A stretch of 64,000 bases of DNA. It comes from a virus. Taxonomy: Duplodnaviria > Heunggongvirae > Uroviricota > Caudoviricetes. Within the stretch, counting starts at the first letter, position 1; the number at the start of each line of letters is the position of its first letter. Below are positions 1 to 9,462 of this stretch, in pieces. The notes under the pieces were generated by a model. The model was not told the origin of the DNA. It was given only the letters and a program-made list of their open reading frames with translations, and did no database searches. Position numbers and translations under genes: made by a program. The stretch lies in the IMG/VR virus record IMGVR_UViG_3300031992_000008, positions 64,001 through 128,000 of that record; one strand, given 5' to 3'.

Positions 1-166
1 CGAAGATCACATCATTCATCTCATAATTTTTTCCTTCGAACTTTTTGGCCAAAGCCACAAAGATACGAAGATTATAGTGAACAGGATTTTCCTGCAAGTA
101 TGCCCAAATGTCAGCTTCGAGGGTCTTTTGTTGTTCTGTCATTTGTCCTTTCGTTTCGTCGGTCAT
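1..166 (-). CDS. Hypothetical protein, 5' part only (runs off the window edge)
   Basis: Translated by hand: ATG at 166 after AAAAGGAAAACAC; MTDETKGQMTEQQKTLEADIWAYLQENPVHYNLRIFVALAKKFEGKNYEMNDVIF..., open to position 1. Not in the ORF track. Confidence 0.7.
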   Translation of the reverse strand, partial: MTDETKGQMTEQQKTLEADIWAYLQENPVHYNLRIFVALAKKFEGKNYEMNDVIF

Positions 167-342
167 GTGTTTTCCTTTTGCGCAAGATGATTTCTTTTTA
201 TTGATTCTTTTTTGTTTTTAAGATAGATAAATGAATCATCTCTACGAGGATATAACAGATCATGAAGAGGCGAATGTGACGATATTTTAAGACGATATAC
301 TGCAAGCGAGATGACTAGTCTACGAATTAATATGCTATTAAA

Positions 343-371
343 ATAACCCTTATCAAAAGATAAGGGTATTA
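343..371 (-). terminator. Intrinsic terminator
   Basis: ACCCTTATC-aaaa-GATAAGGGT stem just past the stop of 374-1267, with a T-rich tail on the minus strand. Confidence 0.65.
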
Positions 372-373
372 AT

Positions 374-1267
374 TTATTCTTCAGGTTCTTTGAGGTTCAA
401 GACAGCCTTAACGATCTGTTCACCAGTGGCTAATCTATCCATTGTGATAGTATTGGACACAGACACAGAATCTCTCAAGTCTTTGAATAGACAAAGCAAT
501 CTTGTAATCTTCTTAGCCCTGCTTTCAATCTCGGCACTTTCAGATTGAGCCTTCTTGACATCAAAGTTGTCAACATCGATCTTGAGCTTATTGATAGCTC
601 CTTCAATGTTTTCTCTAAGCCTTTTAGTGAAGGTTTCAATCTGCTGATGCTGATCTTGCAGAACGTTGAGGTTGTTGATACCGAATCCTTCAAGATATTC
701 GCTAATCATCTTGGGCGGGATTTCAACAGTCTTAAATTCATCATCAGGAAGCTTTCCGGATCTGGACACAGAAGCCATCAGAATGTCCTTCCAGTTCCCG
801 TCAAAGGTCTTAGCATCGACCTGATTAGTAATCACGGCAAGCTTCGGAATGAAGTATTGTCTGATCAGATCGTTTATAGCCATTTTGTGAGCATCAGTCT
901 TTGCCTTAAGGTCAAGTACATAAGGCTTAACGCTGATGTTGAAACTCGTGGTAGGAGTATAACCATCAAGCTCCTTGTTGTGATCCTTTGACATCTTAGC
1001 ATTGCTGTTAAGCTTTTCTTTGTAAGACTTAAGGAATTCATCAAACATCTGATTATAGTTATCAGACAGAGACTTGTAATCAGATTCAGTTCTCTTAACG
1101 ATATCACGGAGCTTTTCCATGTATCTGTCATGGATTTCTTTCTTGACATCGGTCTCACCATTGCCGATTAGAATCGTAGGAACGTTCAGCTTGCTGTCCT
1201 CTTGAGCAGAAATCAAGAGCGAAGTAATGAACTGCAATTCTTTGAACTTTTTCGTTAGACCGATCAT
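374..1267 (-). CDS. Hypothetical helical protein (297 aa)
   Basis: Long ORF with SD (AAGGAG) and an upstream AACT-type promoter motif; no recognisable motif. Confidence 0.8.
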   Translation of the reverse strand: MIGLTKKFKELQFITSLLISAQEDSKLNVPTILIGNGETDVKKEIHDRYMEKLRDIVKRTESDYKSLSDNYNQMFDEFLKSYKEKLNSNAKMSKDHNKELDGYTPTTSFNISVKPYVLDLKAKTDAHKMAINDLIRQYFIPKLAVITNQVDAKTFDGNWKDILMASVSRSGKLPDDEFKTVEIPPKMISEYLEGFGINNLNVLQDQHQQIETFTKRLRENIEGAINKLKIDVDNFDVKKAQSESAEIESRAKKITRLLCLFKDLRDSVSVSNTITMDRLATGEQIVKAVLNLKEPEE

Positions 1268-1286
1268 CGTAGACTCCTTATATGTT

Positions 1287-1298
1287 CATTATATAGTT
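1287..1298 (-). promoter_or_regulatory. Putative non-virion-RNAP (middle/late) promoter AACT-N6-TG
   Basis: AACTATATAATG upstream of 374-1267; back-to-back with the + copy at 1324. Confidence 0.65.
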
Positions 1299-1323
1299 CC
1301 ATATCTAATTACCATATCAGCCG

Positions 1324-1335
1324 AACTCTTTACTG
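1324..1335 (+). promoter_or_regulatory. Putative non-virion-RNAP promoter AACT-N6-TG
   Basis: AACTCTTTACTG upstream of the SD of 1351. Confidence 0.65.
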
Positions 1336-1350
1336 AACCAAAGGAGTATT

Positions 1351-1932
1351 ATGTCTATGTTTAATATTGTCATAGACCTTTCTTTTTTCGTGCCATTTTT
1401 CAAGTACAATAGCTTGCTGTTCGAAATGCTAAGTATGATAGCTAAGGTAAAACCCTGTTTGGTACTTTCTCCTGTTGAAGCTATCGGAAAGTTTGACCTA
1501 TCAAGACCAACTATCACGATGGATTCTACATTTGATTACTTCAAGCCTGAAGAGATGACTGAGAACTATGACAGGTTTAATTGGCTCAATGCAGTGGATG
1601 GTGCGAAAATCTGGATTCATCCTTTTACAATAAGTGCCGAGAACAAGAGACTGTACTTTGACAAGGAAATAAATAGGGTCTGTACTGTATACGGAGAAGT
1701 TTTTCCGTCAGTTTCTATGCTCCAACGCTCCAAAGTCTTTATAGAGATGAATAAGTATTTCGTGAAGAATTGTCCTGAGTATGTTGAATCATTCATGGAG
1801 AATCATGGTTTGATTGATCCTACATGGATCCATAAGCATGGTTCTACTATCGACTACAGTTCGTGGTACAGCATTATTAAATCTTCCAGAACTTCTAATA
1901 CGATGAACTTTAGAGAGGTCTTAACCATATGA
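1351..1932 (+). CDS. Hypothetical protein (193 aa), coupled to sbcC
   Basis: SD AAGGAG; ATGA overlap with the sbcC start. Confidence 0.8.
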   Translation: MSMFNIVIDLSFFVPFFKYNSLLFEMLSMIAKVKPCLVLSPVEAIGKFDLSRPTITMDSTFDYFKPEEMTENYDRFNWLNAVDGAKIWIHPFTISAENKRLYFDKEINRVCTVYGEVFPSVSMLQRSKVFIEMNKYFVKNCPEYVESFMENHGLIDPTWIHKHGSTIDYSSWYSIIKSSRTSNTMNFREVLTI

Positions 1933-4712
1933 GAATATTGAAAGCCAAATTCGTAAACTTTGCGGGGTTCTATACAGGTCTTGGTCTTAAGACCTTTGAG
2001 ATAGACTTCTCGAAGTCGGCTGATGAACCAATCACAATGCTGTTCGGTAAGAACCGTTCTGGCAAGACAACACTGATTTCTGTATTGCATCCGTTCCCTT
2101 CATCTTTAGATAATAGAAAGACTATCATCAATGAAGGCGAAGATGGATCCAAGGAAATCATCTTCGAAAGAGAAGATGGGGCTGTATTTAAGACCGTCAT
2201 CAACTATCTCTGGAATGACGATGATAAGAGACATGAGACAAAGTGTTTCTTGTATAAGCTCGAAGATAAGAAATGGAACAATCTTAACTCTTCCGGAAAA
2301 ATCCGTTCATACGCTGATTGTGTAAATGATAATCTCGGGGTAACTGAAGATTACTTCACTGTCGGTCGTATCGGTGGTATCGCAAACTTTGTTGATCTGT
2401 CCAAGAGTGACCGAAAGAGATTTATTGGACAATTTCTTCCAGCCATTGACCCATACTTGAATTTCCATAAGAAAGCTTCTGAACAGTTCACTGCTCTTCG
2501 CAGACAGATGGCTACATTCAAGGATGAACTTACGAAACTAGCTCCCAAGGAACTTTGTAAGGTCTCTATTGAGAACCTTGAAACGAACATCAAGGACAAA
2601 GATGACTTGCTTGCTGGATACAATAAGGAGTATGGATCTTGTAAGGGTGCTATCGATAGTATCCTTGCAGAGACAGATGAAACTCTTCCGGAGCTGAGAA
2701 TCTTTGCAAGGACTGGTAAAGACCCTGTCGAAGACAAGATTGCTGACCTTGAAAAGATTTATAACATTCAAGCTGCTGAGATCCCTGAAGGCTTCTCCTT
2801 GGCTTCTGCTGATGAGGAAATCGATGAGCTTCTTCCTCAGCTCGATAAGGCTAAAGAAGATCGTACAACCCATTCTGTTATGATGAATAACGCTAAGACA
2901 GGGTTGAATGAAGCCGAGGACATCAGGGATAAGGCAGAAGCAAAGCTGAAATCTCTTGAAGATGCTAAATCATCTGTTGATCGTCTTAATGATATGATTG
3001 CTGAACTGGCGGAGAAAGCCGAAGTTCAGGGTCAGGAGATGAAGGAAAAGTATGCTGACATCAAGTTCAAGAAGTTCAATACTTATGGAGCTGGTGAGCT
3101 TGCTATCCTGAAGCGTGATGCTATCGACGCTAATACTCTCATCTCAGGTATTCGAGATCAGTTAATGAGCTATGACTTGATTGACATTGACTTGACCGAT
3201 AGAGGTGTCGTTACTAAGACTTTGTTCGATACTAAGAAAGCATTGAAGGATCTTGAAGACAAGCGTACTAAGATGATCACCATTGCTGCTGATATCAAGT
3301 ATGCAGAATCTCAGGCAAAGCTTGAAGAGGTTTTGAAGAAGAGACCTGCGTCATGTAAGAATGATTCTTGTCCGTTCATTGCAGCAGCTCTTGAAGCCAA
3401 AGGTGCTACCGTTCGCCTTGCAGCATTAAAGAAGGAACAAGAAAACTTTGCAATGTTTGACAGAGATTCTCTTGAAACTGAAGTGACATTCTTGAATAAC
3501 AAGATTACTTTCTTAAGTTCCTGCGGTGATATATTTGAGAACTTCAGAAAGGAACTAAACAAGAAGCTCTCACTAAGGTTGATTTCTAAGATCCAGATGC
3601 TGAATGATCCCTCGATTTATCTGAAGTACTTGAAGTGTTCTGAAGATGAACTGTTTGCATTGTTCGATGTGTCTGACATTGAGGAATATGTCAACGCAAG
3701 GATTGAGTATGATAATGTCAGGTCTAGCCTAGCCAATGCGAGATTGGAACTAAAGTCTGTCAGTAATGAAGCTGAAGCTATAACTTCGGCTAAGGAGGCA
3801 TATGACAGGGCTAATGATAAGGTATCGACCCTTACGGAAACTTACAATACTGAAAAGGAAAGTTTCACAGCTTCTGACGAAGCCGTTACTAACCTTGATA
3901 CGCAGATCACCAAGATCAAGAATACGAAGAAGGCATTCGTAATCTTGGAAGAGAAGCGAAAAGAAATTGACGATCTGAAGGCAAAGTCTGAAAAGATGAA
4001 AAAATATCTCGATGACATTGCTACGAACCGTGCACAAATGGTGGAATTAACCGCCAAGATCAATCATGAAAAGCAAGAAAAGGAGAACTTGGAAGGTCAG
4101 CTTAATGATTTCCGGTTCCAGCAGCAGAAACGTGTCGAATTGGAGTCTAGTATAGCTAAGATCCAAGACGAGCACAATGCCGTAGAAGCCGTAAAGACTG
4201 CTTGTGACCAGACTAAGGGTATCCCGCTTTACTTGATCGATACTTACTTGGAAGAAATCCGTGAAAAGGCAAACCACTTGCTCGAAATTACCTTTAACGG
4301 TGATCTTCTGATTGGCGATTTTGTAATTACTGAAAAGGACTTCTCCATACCAATCGTAAAGAGTAATGGAACCGTTTTGGAAGATTGCAAGCTCGGCAGT
4401 GGTGCGGAACAATCGTTCGTCAAGCAAGCCTTATCTCTAGCAATCCTTGATAAAGCCATCAACAATTCCTACAATATAGTATATCTGGATGAAGTGGATG
4501 GTGTACTAGATGAAACAAACCGTACAGGATTTGTCAAGATGCTGAGAAGGCAAATCTTAGACTTGAAGATTAAACAGTGCTTCGTTATCAGTCATAACCG
4601 AGAATTTTTGTCAGAGCCTTGTAACCTGATCTTATTGAAGAATCACGGTATCGAGACTAACAATGAATCTATTATGTCTAACAAGACTGTCATCTACAAC
4701 TATGAAGTCTAA
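1929..4712 (+). CDS. sbcC: SbcC/Rad50/gp46-like SMC-family ATPase
   Basis: Walker A GKNRSGKT, long coiled coil with central CKNDSC hook, signature-like GSGAEQ, Walker B/D-loop IVYLDEVDGVLD, H-loop ISH. Confidence 0.92.
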   Translation: MRILKAKFVNFAGFYTGLGLKTFEIDFSKSADEPITMLFGKNRSGKTTLISVLHPFPSSLDNRKTIINEGEDGSKEIIFEREDGAVFKTVINYLWNDDDKRHETKCFLYKLEDKKWNNLNSSGKIRSYADCVNDNLGVTEDYFTVGRIGGIANFVDLSKSDRKRFIGQFLPAIDPYLNFHKKASEQFTALRRQMATFKDELTKLAPKELCKVSIENLETNIKDKDDLLAGYNKEYGSCKGAIDSILAETDETLPELRIFARTGKDPVEDKIADLEKIYNIQAAEIPEGFSLASADEEIDELLPQLDKAKEDRTTHSVMMNNAKTGLNEAEDIRDKAEAKLKSLEDAKSSVDRLNDMIAELAEKAEVQGQEMKEKYADIKFKKFNTYGAGELAILKRDAIDANTLISGIRDQLMSYDLIDIDLTDRGVVTKTLFDTKKALKDLEDKRTKMITIAADIKYAESQAKLEEVLKKRPASCKNDSCPFIAAALEAKGATVRLAALKKEQENFAMFDRDSLETEVTFLNNKITFLSSCGDIFENFRKELNKKLSLRLISKIQMLNDPSIYLKYLKCSEDELFALFDVSDIEEYVNARIEYDNVRSSLANARLELKSVSNEAEAITSAKEAYDRANDKVSTLTETYNTEKESFTASDEAVTNLDTQITKIKNTKKAFVILEEKRKEIDDLKAKSEKMKKYLDDIATNRAQMVELTAKINHEKQEKENLEGQLNDFRFQQQKRVELESSIAKIQDEHNAVEAVKTACDQTKGIPLYLIDTYLEEIREKANHLLEITFNGDLLIGDFVITEKDFSIPIVKSNGTVLEDCKLGSGAEQSFVKQALSLAILDKAINNSYNIVYLDEVDGVLDETNRTGFVKMLRRQILDLKIKQCFVISHNREFLSEPCNLILLKNHGIETNNESIMSNKTVIYNYEV

Positions 4713-4717
4713 AGAAT

Positions 4718-4748
4718 TTTCCCATAGAGAAATCTATGGGAAATTTTT
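4718..4748 (+). terminator. Intrinsic terminator (GAAA loop)
   Basis: TTTCCCATAGA-gaaa-TCTATGGGAAA followed by TTTTT after the sbcC stop. Confidence 0.75.
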
Positions 4749-4781
4749 GTATATTAAATGAAGCACTCAAGGAGAAATATC

Positions 4782-5165
4782 ATGAAGGCACACGAAAACA
4801 GAAATAAAGAGAGGACATATGGAAATTTTACGAGCATACAAGAAGTTATTGCTCTCATAAAAGAGGTAGAAGAATTTAAAGACAATCTGGCATCATACAT
4901 CTGTAGAAAAAGACATTTGGATGCTAAACTCTATGCAAACATGCATGCAGAAATAAAGACTCTTGATAACGGAGATTTTGTCGTGTCTCTATGGAGGCGT
5001 TATAGAGAAGATCCGTTACCATACGATAGATATAATAGCGAATTGAGAATGAGAGTACCTGTCCGAGATTTATTCGTATGGGAGTTCTCTATGCTTGTCG
5101 AACAAACAGAGCTGGCAGAATTCTTTGCAGATGCCGGAGTCAAATATAAAAGAATCTTTAAATGA
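4782..5165 (+). CDS. Hypothetical protein
   Basis: Start moved from 4758 to the ATG at 4782 behind SD GGAG; TATATTA motif at 4750-4756. Confidence 0.75.
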   Translation: MKAHENRNKERTYGNFTSIQEVIALIKEVEEFKDNLASYICRKRHLDAKLYANMHAEIKTLDNGDFVVSLWRRYREDPLPYDRYNSELRMRVPVRDLFVWEFSMLVEQTELAEFFADAGVKYKRIFK

Positions 5166-5184
5166 CATATTAAAGAATGTGATT

Positions 5185-5196
5185 AACTAAAAATTA
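5185..5196 (+). promoter_or_regulatory. Putative non-virion-RNAP promoter AACT-N6-TA
   Basis: AACTAAAAATTA upstream of 5214; CATATTA at 5166-5172 precedes it. Confidence 0.55.
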
Positions 5197-5213
5197 ACCA
5201 CAATGGAGAGAAT

Positions 5214-7037
5214 ATGATTGATGAAATCACTACTCTGTCTAGTGGAAACATAGAAGAGGTCTACAGTTCTATTCTGGACTTCCTCTACCACGGAGAGGGT
5301 ACTATTGCAGAAAGAAAGAATACACCGATTAAGTTGATCGGCAAAGACACGACTATTGGTAAGGCTGCGATTTCAGTTACAGCATTGAGGGCTATCGTAG
5401 ATAGCTCTATGGAAATTGAATTTGACGAGTCTGACTTGTTTGACGGAAGTTCTGCAAAAGATGTTGATCAGTACATTAGGGATGTGGCGAAGATGGCTGC
5501 ATCAGCTGGTATTAATGAGGGAATCAAGGAAAAGATTTTTGAAGTGATTCAGGATCTATTGGTGCTTTCTACAAGAGTGAACGAGATTAATGGTATTACT
5601 GTTGACCTCTATAGCCTTGCAAAGATGTATAAGACCAATCCTGAAGCTAAGGCATTGATTGATTATCAGCTCGATGAAACCAAGACTCTAGATGAAATGT
5701 CCGAAGATATGTCGAAGCTCACTGAAGAAGTGGAAAGAGTATTCTCCGCTCCGGGTTCTCCGTATAGAGAATTGATCAAGGGCGGCGCAGTGAATAAAAA
5801 GCAGCTGACTCAGATGGTCGCTTGTGTTGGACTTAAGCCTGACTTGGATGACAATATCTGTGAACATCCGGTGAACACATCGTTCATTAGGGGTCTTCGC
5901 AGTATTGAAGATTTCTGGGTATCAGCAACAGGTGCAAGAAAAGCTCTGGTTATCTCTCACCATCAGGTTAGGAAATCAGGCTATCTTGCAAGAAAGCTGT
6001 TGTTGTTAACTTCGGATCTTGTATTGTCCGATGAAGAAGCTTGTGATACCAAGCATCCGTTGGAATTGGATGTTCCTGATATGGCTACATTCAGACGCCT
6101 CAAGGGTAGAAATACTGTTGATGGCGTAATGCTGGATGGCTCTGAAGAACAATTCAAGAAGTACAATGGGAAGATCAAAGTTTACAGTCCGCTGACTTGT
6201 GCGTGTAAGACTGGATTCTGTAAGCGCTGTTATGGAAACCTTTACGGAATGGTACGTGCAGGAAATTATCGTGTAGGTTCTGTTGGTGTGTTGCTGTTGA
6301 CGGCTTGTCTGACACAGAGATTGTTGTCTGCAAAGCACTTGTTGATGGCGAAGGCGAAGCCTATTGAATGGCCCAAGGGATTCAGTAACTATTTCGAAGA
6401 GTCCAAGAATGCATTGTTAGCCGGAAAAGACCTTAAGAGAATTGCCCTGAGCAGGGATGACTTCAGAGAAGATGACGAAGGAACTTTGGTTGTTAATCGT
6501 ATTACGATAAAGAACCGAAAGGAAGAAATCGTTTTCGATCTACCTGTAGACTTGTATCCGACTGGAACTGTGAAGGAAGAACTCGAAGACTACAAACACG
6601 AGTATAACATTAGTGTTGATGATGGTGAAGAATTATTTACGATCCATCGTCAGAGCGTTGAGCTCAATGAGTCTTTGATGAATCTGATTAGCCTGATTCA
6701 GACTGATAACCATAATGGTATCGGTAATGACTATGTGGCTATTGCAAACAGATTCCTGAAGCATATTGTCGAAGGTGAAATCCCGATTGTAGCAGTTCAT
6801 GCTGAAACAATTCTCTCGGCTCTGCTGAGGAATGAAAATGGCGTGAGACCTGACTTCTCTTTGGATGATCCGGGCGTAATCAATGTCTTGAGACTAAGTG
6901 AAGGTATCAATACTAAGAACTTGTCTACTATTCTGTCATTCGAAAACCTCCGTAAGAAGCTTCAAGAAATTGATACTTACGAACGGAATGTCGATGGCGT
7001 ATATGACGAGTTCTTCTTGAAGGGAATTGAAGAATGA
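5214..7037 (+). CDS. Multisubunit RNA polymerase beta' C-terminal subunit (non-virion type, AR9 gp154-like)
   Basis: Bridge-helix-like SFIRGL...GARKAL...KSGYLARKL, Zn-site Cys (CDT, CACKTGFCKRCYG), trigger-loop-like LTQRLLSAKH. The non-virion assignment is inferred from size and architecture. Confidence 0.88.
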   Translation: MIDEITTLSSGNIEEVYSSILDFLYHGEGTIAERKNTPIKLIGKDTTIGKAAISVTALRAIVDSSMEIEFDESDLFDGSSAKDVDQYIRDVAKMAASAGINEGIKEKIFEVIQDLLVLSTRVNEINGITVDLYSLAKMYKTNPEAKALIDYQLDETKTLDEMSEDMSKLTEEVERVFSAPGSPYRELIKGGAVNKKQLTQMVACVGLKPDLDDNICEHPVNTSFIRGLRSIEDFWVSATGARKALVISHHQVRKSGYLARKLLLLTSDLVLSDEEACDTKHPLELDVPDMATFRRLKGRNTVDGVMLDGSEEQFKKYNGKIKVYSPLTCACKTGFCKRCYGNLYGMVRAGNYRVGSVGVLLLTACLTQRLLSAKHLLMAKAKPIEWPKGFSNYFEESKNALLAGKDLKRIALSRDDFREDDEGTLVVNRITIKNRKEEIVFDLPVDLYPTGTVKEELEDYKHEYNISVDDGEELFTIHRQSVELNESLMNLISLIQTDNHNGIGNDYVAIANRFLKHIVEGEIPIVAVHAETILSALLRNENGVRPDFSLDDPGVINVLRLSEGINTKNLSTILSFENLRKKLQEIDTYERNVDGVYDEFFLKGIEE

Positions 7038-7219
7038 TTACAGACAAAGTCAAGAAGGTCTTTGGAAAGCTCGACGAATCTGTCGATCGCATTTCCAAAG
7101 CCGTAGAGACAAAACTAGAGGGTAAGCTTGAGGCTGCTACCATCTTTGCTATGGACAAGATTAGCAAGGGTACGGATGCACTCATCAATATCCTCGACAA
7201 AGACAAGAAAGAAAAATAA
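7034..7219 (+). CDS. Small hypothetical protein (61 aa)
   Basis: ATGA overlap with the RNAP gene; typical codon usage; terminator follows. Confidence 0.7.
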   Translation: MITDKVKKVFGKLDESVDRISKAVETKLEGKLEAATIFAMDKISKGTDALINILDKDKKEK

Positions 7220-7253
7220 AAATAGAGAGATCGAAAGATCTCTCTTTATTTTT
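7218..7253. terminator. Bidirectional terminator
   Basis: AGAGAGATC-gaaa-GATCTCTCT flanked by A and T tracts between convergent genes. Confidence 0.8.
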
Positions 7254-8181
7254 ACTTGATGATGTTGTTGACTTCGGTCAACACATCTTCTCCGTCTTTA
7301 TCAATAACGGAATTATAAGCGAAGGAAACGTTGATACCACTATCCCAAATAGCGAACATCACGTTAATCAAAAGCATCGGAGCAAATTCAGGAATCATGA
7401 AAGACGTAGCTCCGTAGGACTTAACAACTTCGGCAATCACAGAACGGATCGAAAGCTTACTAAGGTTATTGAATGCTTCCGACATACTGTCAAACAGCTT
7501 ATCAAGCTGCTGATAGTTCTCAACCGGAATCAATCTGTCAATGTCAAGAACAGCCTGTCTAGAAGAAGTCTTGACAGACTTCAGTGCAATCAAAGAAGCT
7601 GCCGACTCATTTTTGCCGATACAAGCAACAACGAAAAACTTTGCAAAGATATAGCGAATCTGATCCAAGACCAGTTCATTGTAGCTAACACCATAAAGCT
7701 TGTCAAGAACCTTAGTCATGATTCTGGAGTAGATTCTGCTAAGCGCAGTAACCAACTTCGTGTTACGGAAGAATAGATCTGAGTTTACAGTGATTTCCTT
7801 GAAGATCAAAGCAGCAGCGCAAAGATTGTAGAATTGCTTGGGGTTGGGAGCAATCTCGCCCTTCTTGTCAACCTTAAATCTGTTTGTGAGGTTGGCTACA
7901 CCAGCAATCGTAGAGCCATTTCTGGCTGCCCATACAGGAAGGAATACCATGCCAGTACCATAGGTAGCAAGCGAGAATACAGGAATAACTGTTCCGTTCT
8001 CGATTTCACTGATAAGTCTGGATTTCAGAGGACGCTTTTCTCTAGCTTGCATTTGCTGGATCATTTCGGTAACAAAAGCCTTCGGAGCGGTATCCAGCTT
8101 AGGATTCAATAATGTAATCTTCTTAGCGATGTTGGCTTTGGTTTCCTCAGTAATGATCGAGAGTTCAGATAGCTTTTTCAT
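7252..8181 (-). CDS. Hypothetical protein (309 aa), possibly structural
   Basis: SD GAGG. Its upstream 16-mer ATAAACTTATCATTAG is identical to the one upstream of the tail tube gene. Confidence 0.75.
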   Translation of the reverse strand: MKKLSELSIITEETKANIAKKITLLNPKLDTAPKAFVTEMIQQMQAREKRPLKSRLISEIENGTVIPVFSLATYGTGMVFLPVWAARNGSTIAGVANLTNRFKVDKKGEIAPNPKQFYNLCAAALIFKEITVNSDLFFRNTKLVTALSRIYSRIMTKVLDKLYGVSYNELVLDQIRYIFAKFFVVACIGKNESAASLIALKSVKTSSRQAVLDIDRLIPVENYQQLDKLFDSMSEAFNNLSKLSIRSVIAEVVKSYGATSFMIPEFAPMLLINVMFAIWDSGINVSFAYNSVIDKDGEDVLTEVNNIIK

Positions 8182-8205
8182 AAAATCCTCAAATAGTATA
8201 TTAAC

Positions 8206-8217
8206 TAATGATAAGTT
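8206..8217 (-). promoter_or_regulatory. Putative non-virion-RNAP promoter AACT-N6-TA
   Basis: AACTTATCATTA; divergent partner at 8227. Confidence 0.7.
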
Positions 8218-8226
8218 TATGGTCGT

Positions 8227-8238
8227 AACTTTTCATTG
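8227..8238 (+). promoter_or_regulatory. Putative non-virion-RNAP promoter AACT-N6-TG
   Basis: AACTTTTCATTG upstream of sbcD. Confidence 0.65.
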
Positions 8239-8256
8239 CTACAAAAGGAGTAGACG

Positions 8257-9462
8257 ATGAATACAATAAAGAGCCTTTACGCTCCGAAGCATTCTGACAG
8301 TATCAAGGTTATCGTTGATGCTGGTGATTTCCATTTCGGAGCCAAAGATGATGAACACTTGGCGAAAGAGTATGACGACCATTTCAATTCTTTCATTGAA
8401 GAGAACAAAGACGAAATTGACCTAGTTGTAATCAGTGGTGACTTGTTCCATAAGGAATTGAAGATGTCATCGGAATCAATGCGACTGCTTCTGGGATGCT
8501 TCACTAAGACTCTGAAGATTTGCGAAAGAAATAACATTCAAGTAAGACTTCTTCAGGGAACGATGTCTCATGATAGAGGACAAGTCGAGACTCTTGGGAT
8601 TGCATTAAACCATTATGAGAATTTCAAAGTCATTACGACTTGTTGTGTCGAAGAGTTCCACAAAGATCTCAAGATCCTCTACATTCCAGAGGAGTATCCT
8701 AAGGATATGAAGGAATTCTACAAGGAAGCTATCTTTGAAGCTGAAGATGATGCATATGATTTCGTGTTCTTCCATGGTACTATGGATTTCCAGTCGTTCG
8801 CTTCTCAGGTTTATGAAAGCGAATTGCCTATGGAGTCCGCACCAGTATTCAAGGCTGATGACTTAATCAGAATCTGTAAGGGTGCAGTATCTGGCGGACA
8901 CATTCATACAGCATGTGACTATAAACAAAAAGTGTTCTACCATGGCAGTTTCTCTAGAACTTGCCAAGGTGAACCTAAGTCTAAAGGATTCATGTTCTAT
9001 GTATATGACTCGGAAAAGAAGTCATTTGACCATGAATTCGTAGAAAATACGGATGCTCCGATTTTCAAATCTGTGTCTATTGATGAGCTATTTGAAGGCT
9101 CTGCCGAAAATCTTGAAGTATTTATGAAGACTATGGAAGCCGCTTCTAGTGACAAGTCTATTGCCTATCGATTTGTCATGTCAGATAAATTGGCTAAAGA
9201 CCACCCCGAAATTAAAAAAGTTGTTTCTGATTTTGTGGTGGATTCGAAAAATTTGAATTTCCAAATCAAACACGCAAAAGATGCGGTTGTGACTGACGAA
9301 ACTCAACAAATGGAAGACGAGGAAGAAGAGCAAAATGAGCTTGCGTTCCTTGCCAATCCAGCTCTCGACTACAGTGAGAAGATTCAGCTCTTTATGGAGA
9401 AGAAATTCTGTACTAAGGTCGAGCTTGACAAGATAAGGTTAATTATCAGTGGAGAAAACTAA
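8257..9462 (+). CDS. sbcD: SbcD/Mre11/gp47-like metallophosphoesterase nuclease
   Basis: Phosphoesterase motifs DAGDFHFG, SGDLFH, GTMSHD, FHGT, GGHIH. Confidence 0.9.
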   Translation: MNTIKSLYAPKHSDSIKVIVDAGDFHFGAKDDEHLAKEYDDHFNSFIEENKDEIDLVVISGDLFHKELKMSSESMRLLLGCFTKTLKICERNNIQVRLLQGTMSHDRGQVETLGIALNHYENFKVITTCCVEEFHKDLKILYIPEEYPKDMKEFYKEAIFEAEDDAYDFVFFHGTMDFQSFASQVYESELPMESAPVFKADDLIRICKGAVSGGHIHTACDYKQKVFYHGSFSRTCQGEPKSKGFMFYVYDSEKKSFDHEFVENTDAPIFKSVSIDELFEGSAENLEVFMKTMEAASSDKSIAYRFVMSDKLAKDHPEIKKVVSDFVVDSKNLNFQIKHAKDAVVTDETQQMEDEEEEQNELAFLANPALDYSEKIQLFMEKKFCTKVELDKIRLIISGEN

